A stretch of DNA of 42,920 nucleotides from a virus. The first letter of the stretch is position 1. Every line of letters begins with the position of its first letter. A program made the translations under genes and the position numbers. Positions 14,830 through 21,817 of the stretch are shown piece by piece. The stretch covers positions 1 to 42,920 of IMG/VR virus record IMGVR_UViG_3300045988_008560; one strand, given 5' to 3'. The notes under the pieces were generated by a model. The model saw only the letters and a list, made by a program, of their open reading frames with translations. It was not told the origin of the DNA and searched no databases.

Positions 14830-15264
14830 TTGACGATTCAGGAACTATGCAGAGAAAAAAAGAACGCGCTGGGCATGACGGCCCAGGACATTGCCGATGC
14901 TTCCGGTGTCCCCCTCTCCACCGTTAATAATTTCTTCGCCCATGCGTCCAAATCCCCGGCCCTTTATACCACAGCTGGTATCTGTGCGGCACTGGGGGTG
15001 TCTTTGGATGCATTTTTTGGTATTGGCGATCACTGTACCGCCACGGAAGAAACCTTGCAGGCGGAAAAGGACGGGCTGGAAAAGCGCCTGTCCAACAAGC
15101 GGGAGATGATTGACGTGCAAAACTATACCATTCACGTCATGGAAAAGGGTCTGCGGATTCGGAACTGCGTGATTTTGATTATGGGCATAGCAATTAGCCT
15201 GCTGTTGTGCTGGTGCGTATTTGTGGATATGCACGCCCTAAATATCGGTTTTTGGAGGGAATAA
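14830..15264 (+). CDS. membrane-anchored XRE-family HTH protein
   Basis: TTG start 7 nt after GGAGGGGG; LTIQELCREKKNALGMTAQDIADASGVPLSTVNNFF HTH, coiled segment, C-terminal TM CVILIMGIAISLLLCWCVFV; stop 1 nt before integrase start. Confidence 0.7.
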   Translation: MTIQELCREKKNALGMTAQDIADASGVPLSTVNNFFAHASKSPALYTTAGICAALGVSLDAFFGIGDHCTATEETLQAEKDGLEKRLSNKREMIDVQNYTIHVMEKGLRIRNCVILIMGIAISLLLCWCVFVDMHALNIGFWRE

Positions 15265-15265
15265 T

Positions 15266-16297
15266 ATGAAAATACCGAAGGCGGTAAAGCTGCCGTCCGG
15301 CTCATGGTATATCAACATCATGGTAGACGGAAAGCGTCTCTCCATCACGGCTCCGACCAAGCGAGAAGCTGAAAATGAAGCTGCCGCCATCAAGTCTGGT
15401 GCCAAAGCCGCCAAGATAAAAATAAGGTTCACCGTTGGAGAAGTAATCGATAGATACATCTCCAGCAAAGATACCGTTCTATCCCCTACTACGATCAATG
15501 GGTATAAAAAGCTCCGCAAATCCGTTTTCCAGGAAATCATGGATGATCCAGCGGATAGCATTTCGCAAGAGCGTGTACAACGGGCCGTCAATAAAATGGC
15601 TCGCTCCAAATCGCCTAAATACGTCCGCAATGCCTACGGGTTGTTCACCGCAGCAATGGCAGAATATTTCCCAGATCGGATGTTCCGCATTACGCTGCCA
15701 CAGAAGGAAGCTCCAAAAATCCAAATCCCTACCATGGACCAGATTCGGACACTGCATGAGGATTGCCGTGGAAAACAATTTGAGCTGCCGTTTCTGCTGG
15801 CCGTCTGGCTTGGCCTGAGAACATCGGAGATTCGCGGCCTGACATGGGATTGCATTGATGGGAATACGCTTATCATCAAGCAAGCACTCGTTGAAGGTGA
15901 AAACGGGCCTGAGTTAAAGCAACCGAAAACATACAGCGGAAACCGACGCTTGCAGGTCCCTCCGTACATAATGCACCTACTGGAGGAAACGCCGCGCACA
16001 GACGAATATATCGTGCACTACACCCGCAGCGCCATGTATAACCATTTAAGACGCGCTTGTATCCGCCATGATATCCCTCCATTCCGATTTCACGATCTGC
16101 GCCACGTCAACGCATCTGTAATGCTTGAACAGAACGTGCCAGACAAATACGCTATGGAGCGGATGGGACACGCCACAAACAATATGCTTAAAAACGTGTA
16201 TCAGCATACAATTAGCAAGAAATCAAAGCAGGTCGCAGATAACCTCGATCGCTATTTTGAAAAAGAATTACAGATAAAATTACAGATGAACAATTAA
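15266..16297 (+). CDS. int: tyrosine recombinase / phage integrase
   Basis: LGLRTSEIRGLTW (box I Arg) and RFHDLRHVNAS...MGHATNNMLKNVYQHT (HxxR..H..Y). Confidence 0.95.
   Translation: MKIPKAVKLPSGSWYINIMVDGKRLSITAPTKREAENEAAAIKSGAKAAKIKIRFTVGEVIDRYISSKDTVLSPTTINGYKKLRKSVFQEIMDDPADSISQERVQRAVNKMARSKSPKYVRNAYGLFTAAMAEYFPDRMFRITLPQKEAPKIQIPTMDQIRTLHEDCRGKQFELPFLLAVWLGLRTSEIRGLTWDCIDGNTLIIKQALVEGENGPELKQPKTYSGNRRLQVPPYIMHLLEETPRTDEYIVHYTRSAMYNHLRRACIRHDIPPFRFHDLRHVNASVMLEQNVPDKYAMERMGHATNNMLKNVYQHTISKKSKQVADNLDRYFEKELQIKLQMNN
16266..16290 (+). repeat. AATTACAGAT(A/G)AA direct repeats, left of attP core (inside the int 3' end)
   Basis: aattacagataaa + aaattacagatgaa; same motif recurs at 16475..16512. 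Confidence 0.6.
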
Positions 16298-16334
16298 AAA
16301 CTTTGTATTTCCAACGGTTGTAGCAGTTATTTGT

Positions 16335-16362
16335 GCGGGTTCGACTCCCGCCACTCGGACCA
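16335..16362 (+). other. attP core candidate: 3' end of a tRNA gene (T arm, acceptor 3' strand, CCA)
   Basis: GCGGG-TTCGACT-CCCGC-CACTCGG-A-CCA with no matching 5' half upstream; 38 nt after the integrase stop. Confidence 0.7.
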
Positions 16363-16363
16363 A

Positions 16364-16396
16364 CCCCGCAATCCTTGTGATTGCGGGGTTTTCTTT
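16364..16396 (+). terminator. intrinsic terminator following the tRNA fragment
   Basis: ccccgcaatc-cttgt-gattgcgggg-ttttcttt. Confidence 0.75.
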
Positions 16397-16474
16397 ATAT
16401 TTCAACGGGTTCAGCCATTTTAAAAGCAACAAGGCTTGACGTTTTTTTACATGAAAAAGCGCATTTTTACAATC

Positions 16475-16512
16475 AAATTACAGATGAAATTACAGATGAA
16501 ATTTAAAGATGA
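16475..16512 (+). repeat. ATTACAGATGAA x2 plus one degenerate copy, right of attP core (candidate arm-type sites)
   Basis: aaattacagatgaaattacagatgaaatttaaagatga. Confidence 0.6.
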
Positions 16513-16517
16513 TAAAG

Positions 16518-16550
16518 CGTCCCCCGCCTATACAGGCAGGGGACGTTTTT
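16518..16550. terminator. bidirectional terminator hairpin
   Basis: cgtcccccgcc-tataca-ggcaggggacg then ttttt on plus strand; begins right after the stop of 16549..16854 on minus strand. Confidence 0.65.
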
Positions 16551-16854
16551 AAAACGCTTCCAATTTCCGCATGACGCTATTATAAACCCGCTCGTTTACC
16601 ACTTTCAAGCTATCCATCAGCTCGTCCATGACTTCCCACGCACGGGCCGGGTCAACGTTAGACACCGCCCGGAGGAAATCGCTGTCAGGTGCGGGGGCCT
16701 CAGAATACGCCTCAACCATATGGCTTTCCCTTATCGGTTCCCGGTTCTGGTTTTGGATAATATACAGCGCCGCCAGCTTTTCATAGTTTGCCCAGCTGGA
16801 CTCCTCTGTTTCTAATCGGCTAATCCATAACGACAGTTCGCGTTCGTCGACCAT
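16549..16854 (-). CDS. hypothetical protein (accessory cassette gene 8)
   Basis: 101-aa acidic helical ORF, last gene before attP. Confidence 0.75.
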   Translation of the reverse strand: MVDERELSLWISRLETEESSWANYEKLAALYIIQNQNREPIRESHMVEAYSEAPAPDSDFLRAVSNVDPARAWEVMDELMDSLKVVNERVYNSVMRKLEAF

Positions 16855-16869
16855 GGGGGCATACCCCCT

Positions 16870-17253
16870 TTAGTCTCCAAGAGCATCCATGCAGCGGCGG
16901 ATTGCATCGCGGGCAGCGTCAGTATCAGCCTCCCGCATCATGTCCTCCAGTTGCATGCGCATCCGCTCCTGACTATTCCCACGGCTGTAGTGGCCCCGCA
17001 CATAATGGGTGCCGCGCCGCGCATAGGAATTCCCCCGGCCATAGGTGCCCCGGATGCTGGCGCCCCAGTCTCCATCACGGGAGTAGTCGCCGCCCTCAAA
17101 CATCTCAATTTTGTAGGTGTTTTTGATGGCACTGGTAATATCCCGGATGGCATCCAGATCAGCAGCATTTACGCCGCCCTTCTTAGCGGTTTCATCGTAG
17201 AGATCGTCCAATTCCTTGCACAGCATCTCCCGCAGATCATCATAATCTCGCAT
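16870..17253 (-). CDS. hypothetical protein with Arg/Gly/Tyr-rich centre (cassette gene 7)
   Basis: Trimmed to MRDYDDLREML...; GDYSRDGDWGASIRGTYGRGNSYARRGTHYVRGHYSRGNS. Confidence 0.75.
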   Translation of the reverse strand: MRDYDDLREMLCKELDDLYDETAKKGGVNAADLDAIRDITSAIKNTYKIEMFEGGDYSRDGDWGASIRGTYGRGNSYARRGTHYVRGHYSRGNSQERMRMQLEDMMREADTDAARDAIRRCMDALGD

Positions 17254-17266
17254 AGTCCGTCTCCTT

Positions 17267-17689
17267 TCACGACACACGGTCAACAGTCAGGTTGGAGTTG
17301 GCAAAGTTAATCGCCTGTGTGCTGGTATTTTCCATGGCCACCGTCAGGCAGCAGCCCCGAGGCACCTCCACAATGGCGCTGACAAAAATGTTAAAATAGT
17401 TCTCCACCGCCGCCGGGGTTACGGTAGCCGTGGCGCCGGTCAGCGGCTCGCCGTTGATAGCCAAAGCGGCGGTGATGGCCTCCACCGTGCCGCCGGTGGG
17501 AATGGCAATATTGCCGCCAAAAGCCACGCGGAAACGGGCCTTGCACTGGTTGGTCAGACCCCGCAGGGTAACGATGCCCGCGCCCTCACGGTGCACAATG
17601 CATGTCTTGCTGTTGACTGCTGTCTTGGTAAGTGGCACGTTTTGACCCGCTGCGACCTCAACAATGTTGGAGTTAGTATACTCAGCCAT
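17267..17689 (-). CDS. all-beta protein, possibly C1q/TNF-like (BclA C-terminal-domain-like) (cassette gene 6)
   Basis: 140 aa with alternating beta pattern ARFRVAFGGNIAIP...ALAINGEPLTGA...IFVSAIVEV...CLTVAMEN...NLTVDRV; fold assignment is my inference. Confidence 0.7.
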   Translation of the reverse strand: MAEYTNSNIVEVAAGQNVPLTKTAVNSKTCIVHREGAGIVTLRGLTNQCKARFRVAFGGNIAIPTGGTVEAITAALAINGEPLTGATATVTPAAVENYFNIFVSAIVEVPRGCCLTVAMENTSTQAINFANSNLTVDRVS

Positions 17690-17805
17690 AAAATCAATCC
17701 TTTCATATAACAGCGGCGGAGCTATTGCCCCGCCGCGTTGTTGTCAGTATCGGCATGGGGCCGATCATCCCGGTCATGCCGCCGGGAAGCTAAATTATGC
17801 AGTTG

Positions 17806-18537
17806 TCAGCAGCCGCAGCCACCGCAGCCGTTGTATGTGCCTGCTGCCCAGGGATTGCAGGACTGGTACGCCGGAATGGGCGTGGGCCGCAGCTGGGAGA
17901 TCAAGTAGTTGTTCTGTGCCGCCTGAGATGCGGCCAGCTTCAAACCCTGATTCTCGCTCTGGAGATCCTGCAACTTGCTCTGGGTCAGGAAATCGAGGAT
18001 TGCGCGGCTGTTGCTGTTGGCATTGTCGATGATATCCCGGGTGGCGTTCTGCACCGTGTTCCGGGTATCGCAAGCCTGAGCGGCCATGTCATAGCGCACG
18101 CCCTCGATGCTGCGCTGGGTGTTGCAGCAGCACTCAGCGGCCTGCATCTGCATGGCAGTCAACTGCTGCATGAGAGCCGCCTGCTGGTTGCTGCGGGAAA
18201 GCTCGGCCTGTGCAAAGCCGTTGGCCATCGCCATGTTGGTGCCGTTGACAAGCTGCGCCTGCTGGTAAAATCCGTCGCAAAGACCCTGATTTACACTGTC
18301 GATCTTGCGCTCGACATTGGCAAAGTCAGAGGTCAGCACATAGCCGTCGACCACGCCGCCGCCATTGCCGCCGTTGTTGCCCCAGCCGTTGCCGCCCCAG
18401 CCGCAAAAAACAAACAAAAACAGGATAATGATCCACCATGCACCGTCACCGCCCCAGCCAAAGCCGTTTCCGCTGCCGGAGGTGTTGGCGGGAGCCACAG
18501 GCATGGTCATCGTCGGCATACCGTCAGATAGAGACAT
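17806..18537 (-). CDS. membrane-anchored Gly-rich / coiled-coil / Cys-rich protein (cassette gene 5)
   Basis: SD AAAGGAGAG; GFGWGGDGAWWIIILFLFVFCGWGGNGWGNNGGNGGG, long Gln/Asn/Ala helix with CCC, C-terminal NGCGGCGC. Confidence 0.8.
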   Translation of the reverse strand: MSLSDGMPTMTMPVAPANTSGSGNGFGWGGDGAWWIIILFLFVFCGWGGNGWGNNGGNGGGVVDGYVLTSDFANVERKIDSVNQGLCDGFYQQAQLVNGTNMAMANGFAQAELSRSNQQAALMQQLTAMQMQAAECCCNTQRSIEGVRYDMAAQACDTRNTVQNATRDIIDNANSNSRAILDFLTQSKLQDLQSENQGLKLAASQAAQNNYLISQLRPTPIPAYQSCNPWAAGTYNGCGGCGC

Positions 18538-18588
18538 AATATCTCTCCTTTCAAAATTTTATCAATCAAATCGTGGCCACGATTTTGA

Positions 18589-18807
18589 TTACCGCAAAAA
18601 GCTCTCAAATTGCTTTGCCATTGCCTGCAGCTGGTTCAGCTGCTGCTGGCTCATTTTGCCGGATTGCAGCAGCTTTTCCACCTCCGCTTTTGGATCGCCC
18701 TGAAACGTGGCGCGGAACTGGTTAAATTGCTGCATGAGCCGCTGGAATTGGCCCATCGCCCCCGGCATCTGACCGCCGCCCATGGCCTTAAAAAACGGAT
18801 TAGCCAT
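18589..18807 (-). CDS. Gln-rich small protein (cassette gene 4)
   Basis: SD AAGGAGG 9 nt upstream; MANPFFKAMGGGQMPGAMGQFQRLMQQFNQF... Confidence 0.75.
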   Translation of the reverse strand: MANPFFKAMGGGQMPGAMGQFQRLMQQFNQFRATFQGDPKAEVEKLLQSGKMSQQQLNQLQAMAKQFESFLR

Positions 18808-19240
18808 CAGCGTCAGCCTCCTTTACTTTCTTCGCTGGCTTTTCTTTGCCCCGAATTTCGCCAACAATCGCTGCCAGACGGTCAAATTCCTCACGCGTGA
18901 CAAAATCCACGGCCTTAGCCTGCGGTGCGACAGGCGGCGTCTGAGAGCGCTCTACAAGGTCATAAATTTTAAGGGTCGGTTTGCCGCTGGCGTCCGCCTG
19001 CTTGAGATACACGGTGGGAGCCGTGCTGTCCCACAGCGCCACGGCGGCGTTGGGCGCAATCATCCAGTTTCGGGCCTCCTGTTCCCCACTGACCCACTGG
19101 ACACCGCTCTGCGCCATCGGATTCTGCGGGGGCTGCGGTGCCATCATTGGAGGCATCTGCTGTTGGCGGAGTTGTGCCAGGTTATCCGGCATAGGCTGTG
19201 CGTAATAGGGATTTTGCCAGCCGTAAGGTGTGTATGCCAT
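18800..19240 (-). CDS. Pro/Gln-rich protein (cassette gene 3)
   Basis: Trimmed to MAYTPYGWQNPYY (ATG 19240) 9 nt after AAGGAGG. Confidence 0.75.
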   Translation of the reverse strand: MAYTPYGWQNPYYAQPMPDNLAQLRQQQMPPMMAPQPPQNPMAQSGVQWVSGEQEARNWMIAPNAAVALWDSTAPTVYLKQADASGKPTLKIYDLVERSQTPPVAPQAKAVDFVTREEFDRLAAIVGEIRGKEKPAKKVKEADADG

Positions 19241-19241
19241 G

Positions 19242-19637
19242 TCAATCATCCTCCTTGACCCAGTAATATAAGATTGTCTCGTTGCTACTGTCCCAACTAT
19301 CCCAGATTACCCCGTCCTGTACGCAGACAACGTGGCCGGACAGCGCTAAAATATACGTCCCTGCCGGGTGTTGCTCCGCAAATTGGCCCACCGTGTAGCA
19401 ATCCGGACAGGTGTCCGGCACGATGTACCGCCGATATCCGATGCTGCGGAGATACCGCCCCCAACAGGCGTTAGCCGACGGCATATCACCATCCAGATAC
19501 CCTTGGATACAGAGCCGCAAATAAATTTCGCCCCAATCTTTGCCGGTAGCCTTGACGATTGCCCGCACGGTGCAATCCCCCACATTTTTCCCGCAGGGGT
19601 TGGGGTTGAAATACTTATACATATTCCCGGCGGTCAT
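19242..19637 (-). CDS. putative papain-fold Cys-His enzyme (cassette gene 2)
   Basis: NPCGKNVGDCTVRAI (Cys), LALSGHVVCV (His), WDSWD (Asp) in the order of a Cys-His-Asp triad; start 19637 or 19622. Confidence 0.6.
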   Translation of the reverse strand: MTAGNMYKYFNPNPCGKNVGDCTVRAIVKATGKDWGEIYLRLCIQGYLDGDMPSANACWGRYLRSIGYRRYIVPDTCPDCYTVGQFAEQHPAGTYILALSGHVVCVQDGVIWDSWDSSNETILYYWVKEDD

Positions 19638-19785
19638 CGTAGAGCAATTCGTTTGCTCTTACCAATTCAGCCAGCCCTTCTTCATCATCCTGTGCCGCGT
19701 ATTTATAACAAATATCTGTGGCGCTGGATTCGCTCATTCCGCACGCCCGCAGACGGTCAATGTATTCTCTACCAGTTGTAATCAC
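19615..19785 (-). CDS. small hypothetical protein (cassette gene 1)
   Basis: GTG start 6 nt after GGGAGGGG; VITTGREYIDRLRACGMSESS... Confidence 0.55.
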   Translation of the reverse strand: MITTGREYIDRLRACGMSESSATDICYKYAAQDDEEGLAELVRANELLYDDRREYV

Positions 19786-19867
19786 GGAGAACCCCTCCCT
19801 TGCTCTGCTTTCATGGTAAATCAAAAAACTCCATTCAAAGTGGCAGGAAAAGGGCAGAAAAGTGCGC

Positions 19868-19898
19868 AAAAAAGACGCGGTTCAAAGTGAACCGCGTC
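19868..19898 (-). terminator. intrinsic terminator after the sigma-like gene
   Basis: Minus strand reads gacgcggttc-acttt-gaaccgcgtc-tttttt (10-bp perfect stem plus T6). Confidence 0.85.
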
Positions 19899-19900
19899 TC

Positions 19901-20143
19901 TCAACGTGTAGTATAGATTTCATCTTGCAATTTCTGGTAAGCAGAGCGCCGTAGTCGCTTCACGGTGTCCACGCTCACATAAAGCTGCTCCGCTACCTGT
20001 AGGCAACTCCGGCCGTGGACGTCCACTGCCAGCACCGCCGTCTCCTCGTCAGAAGGCAGCCCGACCCGCCGGACGGCCTCCTCCGCTCTGGTGGGGGCCA
20101 TTGATGACAACAGCGCCCGGATCGCCTTGTGTTGAGTATCCAT
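19901..20143 (-). CDS. sigma-70 region-4-like / late transcription regulator
   Basis: HGRSCLQVAEQLYVSVDTVKRLRRSAYQKL is a region-4 type HTH; start uncertain (20143 or 20173), the only strong SD serves an out-of-frame ATGATG at 20195. Confidence 0.6.
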   Translation of the reverse strand: MDTQHKAIRALLSSMAPTRAEEAVRRVGLPSDEETAVLAVDVHGRSCLQVAEQLYVSVDTVKRLRRSAYQKLQDEIYTTR

Positions 20144-20213
20144 GGTATATCCAGACTTGCAGAGCGCGGCCATGCCGCGTGGATGTTGCCATCATCTGTG
20201 CCTCCTCTCAAAA

Positions 20214-20759
20214 TTAAATCAACGCCAGCAGCTTTTTAAGCTGCGCCTCGGTCAGCTTTGTCCCGCCCAGCTTGATGGCTGCCGGGAACTCGTATGTCTT
20301 GTCCACCCCATTGATCTTGATGCCACTCACGTCATCCTGCAACGGATAGCCCCCATACAGTTTTACCTTGTACAGGACAAAAGTCGGATACTTGACGGCG
20401 TTGTCGCGATAGTCCGGGATGTTGTAGATCGTGATCCGCAGCCGGTCAAAGTAAGATGCTCCGGCATAGAGGGAGTACGGGATCGCCGGATGGTAGATGA
20501 TATCATGACCCGGCCACCCCAGACTGTTATAGCTATTTCCCGGCGTCTCGTACTGCGTCATCCACGCCTGCGTTGACTGCTTCCGTTTCTCGTACTTGAT
20601 GTGGTATCGTCCGCCTTGCCCGGATGCGTACATATACAGCAGGTTGATGTACACATAAGATACCGGGGTCATCGTCATGCGGAAATAGATGGGGTTGCTG
20701 GTGTCGTCTGCCGGGTCCACAAATTTGGAGATCGCGAGTTGGCCTTGATAGGTGCCGCC
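20214..20759 (-). CDS. C-terminal (putative receptor/carbohydrate-binding) part of the collagen-like fibre, downstream of an in-frame TGA
   Basis: Same frame as 20760..21488; 13 sense codons between the TGA and the GTG at 20720 that the ORF track uses; no SD in front of that GTG. Confidence 0.6.
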   Translation of the reverse strand, partial: GGTYQGQLAISKFVDPADDTSNPIYFRMTMTPVSYVYINLLYMYASGQGGRYHIKYEKRKQSTQAWMTQYETPGNSYNSLGWPGHDIIYHPAIPYSLYAGASYFDRLRITIYNIPDYRDNAVKYPTFVLYKVKLYGGYPLQDDVSGIKINGVDKTYEFPAAIKLGGTKLTEAQLKKLLALI

Positions 20760-21488
20760 TCAAAGGGTGGCGTGGTCGTTATCGCTGACCTCAAACGGCT
20801 CCCACGTCTCGCCCAAGTCCTTGCTGATCTCATACTGCACGTTTGCCTTGGGCAGAAAATCAGACTTACAGCCAAACTCAGGAGCCAATGCCGCCAGCTC
20901 AAAGAGTGACGGTGTGCCAAGGTTGCTGTAAAATTGGTTGTATACCGGGGAGATCATCCGCCCGTTGGCGTCGCTGGTGGCCTTGGTAGCATTGCTGATC
21001 TTTTGCCCCGGGAACTGATTCAGCACGTCCGCCACAAAGGCGCTTCGCTCCTCAGCGGTGTAGTAGTCCACGCCTGCCTCCGGCGTGTGCCCCGGCGCTC
21101 CCTGCGGGCCAGTTGCACCTTGCGGCCCCTGTTCGCCCTGTGGGCCTTGGGGGCCTGCTGGACCGGTCTCGCCCGTTGGCCCCTGCGCGCCTTGCGGGCC
21201 GGTATCACCGGTGTCTCCCTTCGGCCCCTGCGGGCCGGTAGGTCCTGCGGGTCCTTGGGGGCCTGTCGCGCCGTCAAACTCTCCGGCATCCGCTCGGCGA
21301 CGGATGTCTGCGGCAGTCTCACTGGCATACTGTGCTGCCTGGTTTGCCGCTGCCGTGGCCTTCTCTACTGCCGCAATGTCGGCATCCTGGCCCCGGAGGG
21401 TGGCCCCTTGAGCAGCCAGCCCCACCGGAGTGGGGCTATCCGCCGATAGTGCTGCCACAGTAGGATACTGGATGTGCAGCTCAAGCAT
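20760..21488 (-). CDS. collagen-like (G-X-Y repeat) fibre protein, N-terminal part
   Basis: [61 protein letters not shown]. Confidence 0.85.
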   Translation of the reverse strand: MLELHIQYPTVAALSADSPTPVGLAAQGATLRGQDADIAAVEKATAAANQAAQYASETAADIRRRADAGEFDGATGPQGPAGPTGPQGPKGDTGDTGPQGAQGPTGETGPAGPQGPQGEQGPQGATGPQGAPGHTPEAGVDYYTAEERSAFVADVLNQFPGQKISNATKATSDANGRMISPVYNQFYSNLGTPSLFELAALAPEFGCKSDFLPKANVQYEISKDLGETWEPFEVSDNDHATL

Positions 21489-21804
21489 CGCCTAACACCT
21501 CCTGCCGGGTGAAGAGCGTGGGCATCATGTAGATGCGCCCGATCTGCACGTCCGGCATGTAGTCGCTGCCGTTGAGCTTGACCCGTGCGTCCAGCTGGAT
21601 TTCGGCGTTGGGGTCAAAGGCAAACGTCTGTTCCGGCGTCCATGTGATATACACGATATTTCCTTTTAAAGTGGCTTCATCCGATGGATACGCCACCTTG
21701 CGGACCACCTCCCCCTGCTGGAATTTGAGCTGGATGCTCTCCACCAGCCCGGGGTCTATCCCGCTGACTCTGATGGGCAGCAGGCAGTTGTTTCCTTGCT
21801 TCAT
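21481..21804 (-). CDS. hypothetical protein preceding the collagen-like fibre
   Basis: ORF 21481..22035 trimmed to [15 protein letters not shown] (21804), just after the endolysin stop. Confidence 0.7.
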   Translation of the reverse strand: MKQGNNCLLPIRVSGIDPGLVESIQLKFQQGEVVRKVAYPSDEATLKGNIVYITWTPEQTFAFDPNAEIQLDARVKLNGSDYMPDVQIGRIYMMPTLFTRQEVLGDA

Positions 21805-21817
21805 GCCGCTCCTCCTC

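Noticed and set aside
16335-16362. The tRNA 3' fragment at attP as a tmRNA gene end or a functional phage tRNA
   Set aside because: The upstream sequence cannot supply the 5' acceptor strand (CCGAGTG) or a D arm, and the acceptor is not the GGGG-type of tmRNA. It is only the att core copy.
20760-20762. Genome-wide TGA reassignment (code 4/25-like) or suppression by the phage tRNA-like element
   Set aside because: TGA terminates many well-defined genes here, including numerous ATGA start/stop overlaps. The tRNA-like element contains no TCA (nor CTA/TTA) in a plausible anticodon position.
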